Origin: Euglena gracilis
Taxonomy: Eukaryota
NCBI GenBank assembly: GCA_039621445.1
Contig: CP154954.1
Coordinates: 9,426,634-9,490,633 of the forward strand
Length of the DNA stretch: 64,000 bases
Direction of reading: 5' to 3'
Below, one piece after another: positions 47,713 to 59,223 of the stretch (position 1 is the first letter of the stretch; each line of letters starts with the position of its first letter). Made by a program: the position numbers and the translations under genes. The notes beneath the pieces are model-generated. The model ran no database searches. It was not told the origin of the DNA and was given only the letters and a program-made list of their open reading frames with translations.

Positions 47713-48537
47713 TTGCCGACGCGGAACGTCTACATGGCTGAGAAACACCAGCCCACGATACGCCTTACACCAGATGGCCGTCGCTGCCGCACCTCCCGGC
47801 TTGGAACGAACTGCTGCCCTGTCTGTTCGACACTCGGAGGAAGGGGAAGCGTGCTGACCTGCGGTGACACCCAGGTGCACCCTGGACCATGTCGTGATCT
47901 ACCTGGTGGACACCTCCCCTATTGCCGAGCGTCCACCAAGACGGGCCGAGGGAGCCTCTTGTCCTGCGGGGACATTGAAAGCAACCCAGGTCCGCCCGGA
48001 GGGAGAAAGAGGTCAGCCACATCGGTCGTCGCGTCGGCGGAGCCACCTCGCGACAGCACCAACGATTTAGCACACCCAGCAGACGACACACCCACGGCTG
48101 TGGTGGTTGACCAAAGCGGAAATAACTCTGATATCCGTCACGGCAGCCCGCTCGGAATCACCATCCCGCCCCAGCCGGCCAACCTCCAGGAGGTCCTCCT
48201 CTGCCGCGCAAACACAGTCCTTCATGTACCTGCGGCCAACCAACGTGACGTCTCCGAGACCCTCTCCGATGTCATCGCGGAATACGTCAGCAGGCCAACC
48301 ATGGACAGCTTGTTCGCCACCCTCGCTTTCCCCAAACTGGTGCTTCGGACAGTCCCAAATGCGGGACGTGAGGCCGCGGAGGACATCTCCACCGCGATCA
48401 GGCGGCGCGTCCAACTTTTCCGGCAAGGTGACTATGGAACGCTGATGACAGAGCTGAGAAACGCCACCCGACTCCCACCAGCATCCATCGAGACGCGGGC
48501 GGCCAAAAAAGCACGCACCGAGCCCGCCGCCATACCG
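47713..48537 (+). mobile_element. 5' portion of a non-LTR retrotransposon-like ORF with tandem 2A-like peptides; truncated before any RT domain
   Basis: GRGSLLSCGDIESNPGP matches D(V/I)ExNPGP; downstream TVLHVP...FPKLVL...IRRRVQLFRQGDY resembles from memory the pre-RT region of CRE-like elements. Confidence 0.7.
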
Positions 48538-48552
48538 GGGGGGTTGCTATAT

Positions 48553-49205
48553 CCTGGGGGGGGGGGGGTAGTGGGCTTCGACCATGGACGGCCCACGGTC
48601 GCTCTCGGTCGCTCTCGGTCGCTCTCGGTCGGGGGGGGGGGGGGGGGGGGGGGTGGACCGAGGTTTGGCTGAACTCGGTGGTGGGGGTCGACCGAGGGCG
48701 ACCATGGTCGACCCCCACTCCATAACCGCGACCCCCCCTTCCGAGGGGGCGACCATGGTCGACCCCCCCACCCCAAAACCGCGACCCCCCCTTCCAAGGG
48801 GCGACCACGGTCGACCCCCCCCCACCCCATAACCGCGACCCCCCCTTCCAAGGGGCGACCAAGGTCGACCCCCCCTTCCAAGGGGCGACCAAGGTCGACC
48901 CCCCCACCCCATAACCGCGACCCCCCCTTCCAAGGGGCGACCATGGTCGACCCACCCACCCCATAACCGCGACCCCCCCTTCCAAGGGGCGACCATGGTC
49001 GACCCCCCCACTCCATAACCGCGACCCCCCCTTCCGAGGGGGCGACATGGTCGACCCCCCCACCCCATAACCGCGACCCCCCTTTCCGAGGGGGTGACCA
49101 TGGTCGACCCCCCCACTCCATAACCGCGACCCCCCTTCCGAGGGGGCGACCATGGTCGACCCCCCCAATCCATAACCGCGACCCCCCCTTTCCAAGGGGC
49201 GACCG
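48553..49205 (+). repeat. About 51-bp tandem repeat gaccatggtcgaccccccaccccataaccgcgacccccccttccaaggggc, headed by a gggg(n)tagtggg end
   Basis: About 10 visible units; head resembles the TIR at 46275. Confidence 0.85.
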
Positions 49206-50102
49206 CGGGTTAGAGGGTAGGGGGGACGGGACACAAAAACGGTTTGGTAAACCAAGGGATTTTGTTATTTTGGGGCCCTCGAACAGTTGAGCAACAAAAA
49301 GGGATTTGCCCCCCAAAGCGGTTTGGTAACACAAGGGATTTTGTTAATTTGGGGCCCTCGAACAGTTGAGCAACAAAAAGGGATTTGCCCCCCAAAACGG
49401 TTTGGTATCACAAGGGATTTTGTTATTTTGGGGCCCTCGAACAGTTGAGCAACAAAAAGGGATTTGCCCCCCAAAACGGTTTGGTAACACAAGGGATTTT
49501 GTTACTTTGGGGCCCTCGAACAGTTGAGCAACAAAAAGGGATTTGCCCCCCAAAACGGTTTGGTAACACAAGGGATTTTGCTAATTTGGGGCCTTCGAAC
49601 AGTTGAGCAACAAAAAGGGATTTGCCCCCCAAACCGGTTTGGTAACACAAGGGATTTTGCTAATTTGGGGCCTTCGAACAGTTGAGCAACAAAAAGGGAT
49701 TTGCCCCCCAAACCGGTTTGGTAACACAAGGGATTTTGTTAATTTGGGGCCTTCGAACAGTTGAGCAACAAAAAGGGATTTGCCCCCCAAACCGGTTTGG
49801 TAACACAAGGGATTTTGTTAATTTGGGGCCCTCGAACAGTTGAGCAACAAAACGGGATTTGCCCCCCCAAACCGGTTTGGTAACACAAGGGATTTTGTTA
49901 TTTTGGGGCCCTCGAATGGTTGAGCAACAAAAAGGGATTTGCCCCCCAAAACGGTTTGGTGACACAAGGGATTTTGCTATTTTGGTGCGCTCGAACACCA
50001 CCCCCCCCCCCATATTGTCCCCCCCACCCCATATTGTCCCTCGGCCCCGGCCGACAGGGGGTTTTTTTGGCTCGGCCAATGAAATTTGTTTACTACCCCC
50101 AT

Positions 50103-53100
50103 CCTAGGCGGCCACCTACGGCACAAATGACCGACGGGACCGTCGGTCATTTTTCGGCACTAAATTTCTTCCTACGGCACTTGCTTTTGTGAAGAAAAGT
50201 AGACGAACGTCAGTTTGCCTTCACAGGGTACCTTTTTCCTCATAAAAATGCAAATTTGAGCCTGTTTGGCATGAATTGAAATGTGACAAAATGAACGTTC
50301 ATTATATGAAAAAAACATGTCAAAGTGGAGTTTACAGCATGTGCACAGACAAAAACAGATTGTGCCATCACCTCCCTCTTTTAGGTATGCTCACATTCCC
50401 AGACCGGAGGAAAGGACAAAAACACCTGTAATGATTATGAGAATGAGAAGCAGGATTATTGCATGCGAGCACACAACCATCCAATTTTCAGTAAAAGAGG
50501 ATTAAGCAGCTTACATTGTGGGCAAACGCCCAGACCACAACTGAGCTTAACTATCCAGGAGGATCATTGAAAAATGGATGCCATTGCCACCACAAAGCAG
50601 CTGCTCCGAAAGAACAAAATGAAGAAATTACAGAAAGGGACATCCAACAAATCGTCCATCGTCCCTGCAGCAGTTTCTGATCGCATCGATAATCCTAGAT
50701 GACCACCTAAAACACACAAAAAACGACGGTCCCGTCGGTCCAGATAAAAGTCCTTCAGAAGCAATAAGCCCCTCTGTGATGGGCGCTGCCACAGGTCCAA
50801 AAAGCTAATGAACAAGGTACACCAAACAAACAAGAGCAATTGTAGTTTGCAATTCAGCTGACCGATGGGAGCGTCGGTCATTTCATGCTCTGTGTATGCA
50901 AAACGCCGCGATTTTCAATCAACGTCCTGAATGACAAGCAAACAATGCAATGACAATGAGCAAACGTCCTTACGGTGTCATTCTGGTGACATTCATTCCC
51001 AAGTGTGGGTCAGCCCACACCTTCATGAAACAAACCAACAAATCACCACAAATACTCCTTGCAGAATGCCAAATTTGAAGGTGAATTTGGTATTGAAACC
51101 TCCAATTGTCTGTGGAAGATGCTGGATTCCCAAAGAAATTATCCCCCCCCTTAATGATAAGGACAAGACAGAAAATGCAAAATGACCGACGGGTCCGTCG
51201 GTCATTTTATCATAATCACCTTTGAGGTTGCTTTTCAGCAAGCAATCCATCTGACCAACTCCCGAAAGACCTTTAAATTGAACGTCATTTTGTTCTTCAC
51301 TTTGACAGAGTATGCAGCCCTTTTTACCTCTCCCACTAACATAAATGATCATGCATGTTTTCATCAGCATCATCATTTTGACTTCAAAAATACAGCATCA
51401 GTCAACAACGTTCAGCACTCAAGCATGTGCATTGCACGAAAGGCCAGGTAACTGTGCACAATGCACACTTCCGTCCATACGGTTGTGAAAATGTTCTACC
51501 TTTCAATCGGAGAGATCAAAGAGCATTTTGCAAAAGACAATGTGTGTGTATTGTTCAGAGTCATGGATACCACCTGCAGTTGCAGCTGCAGTTGCTTTGG
51601 GAGAGAAAGCACTCTGTGGCCTTCTTGTTTCTGCTCGATCCACAACTTGTGTACTGGCAATGCTTCCAGAAAGATGTATTTTGTGCGGTTTCTGGCTGGC
51701 ATTGGCTTGTTTCTTCTGGGGTGTTTTGTGTCCCAGGTTCGTCAAAATTCTATTGAGGGGGCTTGTGCCAGCCTGCTTCATTTGCCGGTTTGCCTCTTGG
51801 GTCAAAAAAGATGGGCTGGGGAGGGATTGTTTGTAGTAAATGGTTGTGATCACTGATCAAGGTAACCAAAATACATCTGATTTCGCGCAATGTTGCGTGC
51901 AAAATAGAACGACGTCCATATGTGTATGTGATTTCTTGCAATCACCCAACCAATTCATCCCAGAAAAGGGAGTAATTTTTCGCAAATTGCTCAGATTCAC
52001 TGCACAAAACACCGCCTCCGTCAAAACCACACCCAAACAAAGTTGCTTTGCTTTCTCTGTTGCAAGTGTCTGGAAAAACCATGTGTGAGAAAAAATAGGT
52101 TGGTATTACGTCAGGGCTTGTCTGTTATATCAACCTCAGGCCTTGTGTTACAAACACCCTGTGGCAATGTCTGAAAACGCTGGCAACCGGTGTATTTCTG
52201 AGCAATGCCGGCTCTGCACTTCCCATTAGGGGCTAAATACATACTATAGCCATGTACCATCGAGACATTGGCTGTACCTGGTTTTTGAAAGCAAGAGACA
52301 ACAAGGTCTCTCGTCCCTGTCTGATTTCCATTCTGGTCCAAATTATGGTGTGTTGGTTTTAGAACTCCTGCAATTTAATGATGCAGAATGTTGCTGTGGC
52401 ATGCGACATTTAGCCTTCGGCTATGGTGTGTACATATGGCTAATTGAACCTTACAAGAAACAAAGGTATATGACAATATCGACAAACCTCCACCGCATTT
52501 TGTTATTCTGGTGTTCTGGAACGAGGCAGTATCTCTTCCACAGACACGCACACATTTTCCACACCGAATGATCAGCTGTATTTTGGCCATGGAATGGTCG
52601 AAATACTGAATGGAATTGTCATGGAATTCTTTTGTGATGAGGGGATGGAATTTGTACCTGGTAACAAAAGCTTCGTTCAACAAGTGCAGATAAACATCTC
52701 ATTAACAATGAGAGTGGCACATCTTGACCGACGGTCCCGTCGGTCTTCTTTTCCATCAAACTACATATTCTGTGGAGGAATTGGTCATCTTTTTTGTTCA
52801 AGAACAACAGTGTATTTGATTTAGCTGCAAAGTTCAACAAACAAAAGCAGTACTATCGCTAGAAGTTATGGTGGTGCATTCGCACCTTCCACGCGTTCTT
52901 CACAGGTTTCTCCGCCATCCAACTGTGGTACATACAGTTATGGCGACGAACAGACAATGTGTCATATACCTTGACCGGTTTTACGCAATATGGAATTCTG
53001 AGAAGAGTTGAGAGAGTGAGAAGAGTTAACAGGTCAGAGTGATTTCCTACATCTGACAAAATAACCCGAAATTTGACCATTTGTGGTGAAAATTGTTCCC

Positions 53101-53475
53101 AAACAAAACATACAAGATTGCAATATTGCGTTTTATGAGTAGAAATCTTTTGATATCAAAATCTGGCTTTCAAAAAAAGACCGACGGTCCCATCGGTCAT
53201 TTGTGCAGTAGGTCGCCTAGGATTATGTTTAAAATCAATTGAGGGCTCTTGTTTGCTCAGATAACCGACGGGACCGTCGGTAATTGATTCACAAATAGAT
53301 TGCTTATTTAACCCTTATTGGAACGAAGGTAAACAATTGCAGTTTTTTCCACTGGAGAGTCTCCTGTGAAATCTTGGCCACATCAAATTGCAGCCGCCCA
53401 TAACGGCGCCATTTTTGAGGGACTTTTTTCGACCAACGGGACCGTCGTTTCTTGTGCCGTAGGTGGCCGCCTAGG
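50103..53475. mobile_element. 3.37-kb TIR element, copy 1, nested in a family B MITE; TSD CCCAT
   Basis: 24-bp perfect TIR cctaggcggccacctacggcacaa; cccat at 50098-50102 and 53476-53480; no intact transposase ORF recognised. Confidence 0.88.
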
Positions 53476-53978
53476 CCCATATTGTCCCCCCCCCATGTTG
53501 TCCGGTCGGGCCTCCCGGGGGGAGGTCGGTGGGACAACATGGGGGGGGGGGGGTTGCAGTTGAGCAACAAAAAGGGATTTGCCCCCCAAAACGGTTTGGT
53601 AACACAAGGGATTTTGTTAATTTGGGGCCCTCGAACAGTTGAGCAACAAAAAGGGATTTGCCCCCCAAAACGGTTTGGTAACACAAGGGATTTTGTTAAT
53701 TTGGGGCCCTCGAACAGTTGAGCAACAAAAAGGGATTTGCCCCCCAAACCGGTTTGGTAACACAAGGGATTTTGTTATTTTGGGGCCCTCGAATGGTTGA
53801 GCAACAAAAAGGGATTTGCCCCCCAAAACGGTTTGGTGACACAAGGGATTTTGCTATTTTGGGGCGCTCGAACACCACCCCCCCCCCATATTGTCCCCCC
53901 CACCCCATATTGTCCCTTGGCCCCGGCCGACAGGGGGTTTTTTTGGCTCGGCCAATGAAATTTGTTTACTACCCCCAT

Positions 53979-56900
53979 CCTAGGCGGCCACCTACGGCAC
54001 AAATGACCGACGGGACCGTCGGTCATTTTTCGGCACTAAATTTCTTCCTACGGCACTTGCTTTTGTGAAGAAAAGTAGACGAACGTCAGTTTGCCTTCAC
54101 AGGGTACCTTTTTCCTCATAAAAATGCAAATTTGAGCCTGTTTGGCATGAATTGAAATGTGACAAAATGAACGTTCATTATATGAAAAAAACATGTCAAA
54201 GTGGAGTTTACAGCATGTGCACAGACAAAAACAGATTGTGCCATCACCTCCCTCTTTTAGGTATGCTCACATTCCCAGACCGGAGGAAAGGACAAAAACA
54301 CCTGTAATGATTATGAGAATGAGAAGCAGGATTATTGCATGCGAGCACACAACCATCCAATTTTCAGTAAAAGAGGATTAAGCAGCTTACATTGTGGGCA
54401 AACGCCCAGACCACAACTGAGCTTAACTATCCAGGAGGATCATTGAAAAATGGATGCCATTGCCACCACAAAGCAGCTGCTCCGAAAGAACAAAATGAAG
54501 AAATTACAGAAAGGGACATCCAACAAATCGTCCATCGTCCCTGCAGCAGTTTCTGATCGCATCGATAATCCTAGATGACCACCTAAAACACAAAAAAAAC
54601 GACGGTCCCGTCGGTCCAGATAAAAGTCCTTCAGAAGCAATAAGCCCCTCTGTGATGGGCGCTGCCACAGGTCCAAAAAGCTAATGAACAAGGTACACCA
54701 AACAAACAAGAGCAATTGTAGTTTGCAATTCAGCTGACCGATGGGAGCGTCGGTCATTTCATGCTCTGTGTATGCAAAACGCCGCGATTTTCAATCAACG
54801 TCCTGAATGACAAGCAAACAATGCAATGACAATGAGCAAACGTCCTTACGGTGTCATTCTGGTGACATTCATTCCCAAGTGTGGGTCAGCCCACACCTTC
54901 ATGAAACAAACCAACAAATCACCACAAATACTCCTTGCAGAATGCCAAATTTGAAGGTGAATTTGGTATTGAAACCTCCAATTGTCTGTGGAAGATGCTG
55001 GATTCCCAAAGAAATTATCCCCCCCCTTAATGATAAGGACAAGACAGAAAATGCAAAATGACCGACGGGTCCGTCGGTCATTTTATCATAATCACCTTTG
55101 AGGTTGCTTTTCAGCAAGCAATCCATCTGACCAACTCCCGAAAGACCTTTAAATTGAACGTCATTTTGTTCTTCACTTTGACAGAGTATGCAGCCCTTTT
55201 TACCTCTCCCGCTAACATAAATGAGCATGCATGTTTTCATCAGCATCATCATTTTGACTTCAAAAATACAGCATCAGTCAACAACGTTCAGCACTCAAGC
55301 ATGTGCATTGCACGAAAGGCCAGGTAACTGTGCACAATGCACACTTCCGTCCATACGGTTGTGAAAATGTTCTACCTTTCAATCGGAGAGATCAAAGAGC
55401 ATTTTGCAAAAGACAATGTGTGTGTATTGTTCAGAGTCATGGATACCACCTGCAGTTGCAGCTGCAGTTGCTTTGGGAGAGAAAGCACTCTGTGGCCTTC
55501 TTGTTTCTGCTCGATCCACAACTTGTGTACTGGCAATGCTTCCAGAAAGATGTATTTTGTGCGGTTTCTGGCTGGCATTGGCTTGTTTCTTCTGGGGTGT
55601 TTTGTGTCCCAGGTTCGTCAAAATTCTATTGAGGGGGCTTGTGCCAGCCTGCTTCATTTGCCGGTTTGCCTCTTGGGTCAAAAAAGATGGGCTGGGGAGG
55701 GATTGTTTGTAGTAAATGGTTGTGATCACTGATCAAGGTAACCAAAATACATCTGATTTCGCGCAATGTTGCGTGCAAAATAGAACGACGTCCATATGTG
55801 TATGTGATTTCTTGCAATCACCCAACCAATTCATCCCAGAAAAGGGAGTAATTTTTCGCAAATTGCTCAGATTCACTGCACAAAACACCGCCTCCGTCAA
55901 AACCACACCCAAACAAAGTTGCTTTGCTTTCTCTGTTGCAAGTGTCTGGAAAAACCATGTGTGAGAAAAAATAGGTTGGTATTACGTCAGGGCTTGTCTG
56001 TTATATCAACCTCAGGCCTTGTGTTACAAACACCCTGTGGCAATGTCTGAAAACGCTGGCAACCGGTGTATTTCTGAGCAATGCCGGCTCTGCACTTCCC
56101 ATTAGGGGCTAAATACATACTATAGCCATGTACCATCGAGACATTGGCTGTACCTGGTTTTTGAAAGCAAGAGACAACAAGGTCTCTCGTCCCTGTCTGA
56201 TTTCCATTCTGGTCCAAATTATGGTGTGTTGGTTTTAGAACTCCTGCAATTTAATGATGCAGAATGTTGCTGTGGCATGCGACATTTAGCCTTCGGCTAT
56301 GGTGTGTACATATGGCTAATTGAACCTTACAAGAAACAAAGGTATATGACAATATCGACAAACCTCCACCGCATTTTGTTATTCTGGTGTTCTGGAACGA
56401 GGCAGTATCTCTTCCACAGACACGCACACATTTTCCACACCGAATGATCAGCTGTATTTTGGCCATGGAATGGTCGAAATACTGAATGGAATTGTCATGG
56501 AATTCTTTTGTGATGAGGGGATGGAATTTGTACCTGGTAACAAAAGCTTCGTTCAACAAGTGCAGATAAACATCTCATTAACAATGAGAGTGGCACATCT
56601 TGACCGACGGTCCCGTCGGTCTTCTTTTCCATCAAACTACATATTCTGTGGAGGAATTGGTCATCTTTTTTGTTCAAGAACAACAGTGTATTTGATTTAG
56701 CTGCAAAGTTCAACAAACAAAAGCAGTACTATCGCTAGAAGTTATGGTGGTGCATTCGCACCTTCCACGCGTTCTTCACAGGTTTCTCCGCCATCCAACT
56801 GTGGTACATACAATTATGGCGACGAACAGACAATGTGTCATATACCGTGACCGGTTTTACGGAATATGGAATTCTGAGAAGAGTTGAGAGAGTGAGAAGA

Positions 56901-57351
56901 GTTAACAGGTCAGAGTGATTTCCTACATCTGACAAAATAACCCGAAATTTGACCATTTGTGGTGAAAATTGTTCCCAAACAAAACATACAAGATTGCAAT
57001 ATTGCGTTTTATGAGTAGAAATCTTTTGATATCAAAATCTGGCTTTCAAAAAAAGACCGACGGTCCCATCGGTCATTTGTGCAGTAGGTCGCCTAGGATT
57101 ATGTTTAAAATCAATTGTTGGCTCTTGTTGGCTCAGATAACCGACGGGACCGTCGGTAATTGATTCACAAATAGATTGCTTATTTAACCCTTATTGGAAC
57201 GAAGGTAAACAATTGCAGTTTTTTCCACTGGAGAGTCTCCTGTGAAATCTTGGCCACATCAAATTGCAGCCGCCCATAACGGCGCCATTTTTGAGGGACT
57301 TTTTTCGACCAACGGGACCGTCGTTTCTTGTGCCGTAGGTGGCCGCCTAGG
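53979..57351. mobile_element. 3.37-kb TIR element, copy 2 (near-identical, offset 3876 bp)
   Basis: Same TIRs, TSD and flanks; ORF track repeats at +3876. Confidence 0.88.
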
Positions 57352-58587
57352 CCCATATTGTCCCCCCCCCATGTTGTCCGGTCGGGCCTCCCGGGGGGAG
57401 GTCGGTGGGACAACATGGGGGGGGGGGGTTGCAGTTGAGCAACAAAAAGGGATTTGCCCCCCAAAACGGTTTGGTAACACAAGGGATTTTGTTAATTTGG
57501 GGCCCTCGAACAGTTGAGCAACAAAAAGGGATTTGCCCCCCAAAACGGTTTGGTAACACAAGGGATTTTGTTAATTTGGGGCCCTCGAACAGTTGAGCAA
57601 CAAAAAGGGATTTGCCCCCCAAAAAAGTTTGGTAACACAAGGGATTTTGTTAATTTGGGGCCCTCGAACAGTTGAGCAACAAAAAGGGATTTGCCCCCCA
57701 AAACGGTTTGGTAACACAAGGGATTTTGTTATTTTGGGGCCCTCGAACAGTTGAGCAACAAAAAGGGATTTGCCCCCCAAAAAAGTTTGGTAACACAAGG
57801 GATTTTGTTAATTTGGGGCCCTCGAACAGTTGAGCAACAAAAAGGGATTTGCTCCCCAAACCGGTTTGGTAACACAAGGGATTTTGTTATTTTGGGGCCC
57901 TCGAATGGTTGAGCAACAAAAAGGGATTTGCCCCCCAAACCGGTTTGGTAACACAAGGGATTTTGTTTTTTTGGGGCCCTCGAACAGTTGAGCAACAAAA
58001 AGGGATTTGCCCCCCAAAACGGTTTGGTAACACAAGGGATTTTGTTAATTTGGGGCCCTCGAACAGTTGAGCAACAAAAAGGGATTTGCCCCCCAAAACG
58101 GTTTGGTAACACAAGGGATTTTGTTATTTTGGGGCCCTCGAACAGTTGAGCAACAAAAAGGGATTTGCCCCCCAACCGGTTTGGTAACACAAGGGATTTT
58201 GTTAATTTGGGGCCCTCGAACAGTTGAGCAACAAAAAGGGATTTGCCCCCCAAACCGGTTTGGTAACACAAGGGATTTTGTTACTTTGGGGCCCTCGAAC
58301 AGTTGAGCAACAAAAAGGGATTTGCCCCCCAAAACGGTTTGGTAATGTTATTTTGGGGCCCTCGAACAGTTGAGCAACAAAAAGGGATTTGCCCCCCAAA
58401 ACGGTTTGGTAACACAAGGGATTTTGTTATTTTGGGGCCCTCGAACAGTTGAGCAACAAAAAGGGATTTGCCCCCCAAACCGGTTTGGTAACACAAGGGA
58501 TTTTGTTAATTTGGGGCCCTCGAACAGTTGAGCAACAAAAAGGGATTTGCCCCCCAAACCGGTTTGGTAACACAAGGGATTTTGTTA

Positions 58588-58899
58588 CCATGCCCCCCCC
58601 CCTTACTGTTCCCGTCCCGTGGCCCCCTTTTGGGTCCATGGGAACAGTAAGGGGGGGGGAACAGTAAGGGGGGGGGGGACGAGCTCCCCCCCCCCTTACT
58701 GTTCCCATGGACCATGAACCAACCAACCAAGTTAGAGCCAAAAGGCCACCTAAAATGCCAAAATGAAGCTTTTTGGTTTACATGCTTGAAAATTGCACCT
58801 CCACAACATCCATTTTGGCATTAGGTTGGATTTTGCTGGGGTGGAAAGCACCAAATGGGAACAGTAAGGGGGGGGAACAGTAAAGGGGGGGGGGCATGG
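58588..58899. mobile_element. MITE with TA TSD (Tc1/mariner-type signature) inserted in a satellite unit
   Basis: TIR ccatgccccccccctt(t)actgttccc; satellite ttgtTAttttgggg becomes ttgtTA-element-TAttttgggg. Confidence 0.85.
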
Positions 58900-59042
58900 T
58901 ATTTTGGGGCCCTCGAATGGTTGAGCAACAAAAAGGGATTTTGTTATTTTGGGGCCCTCGAATGATTTAGTAATAAAAAGGGATTTGCCCCCTAAAACGG
59001 TTTGGTAACACAAGGGATTTTGGTATTTTGGGGCGCTCGAAC

Positions 59043-59223
59043 ACCACCCCCCCCCCCATATTGTCCCACCCACCCCATATTGTCCCTCGGCCCCGGCCGA
59101 CGGGGGGTTTTTTTGGCTCGGCCAATGAAATTTGTTTGCTACCCCCATATTGTCCGCCCCCCCCCCATGTTGTCCAGTCGGGCCTCCCGGGGGGAGGTCG
59201 GTGGGACAACATGGGGGGGGTTG
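59043..59223. mobile_element. Family B MITE without the nested 3.37-kb element (empty site)
   Basis: Matches 49998-50102 plus 53481-53556 with a single cccat. Confidence 0.85.

Noticed and set aside
48398-49334. 285-300 aa Gly-rich minus-strand ORFs
   Set aside because: Translation of the 51-bp tandem repeat
50125-53450. Palindromes as CRISPR repeats or integron attC sites
   Set aside because: Spacing is highly irregular, there is no cas or integrase gene, and they lie within a TIR element
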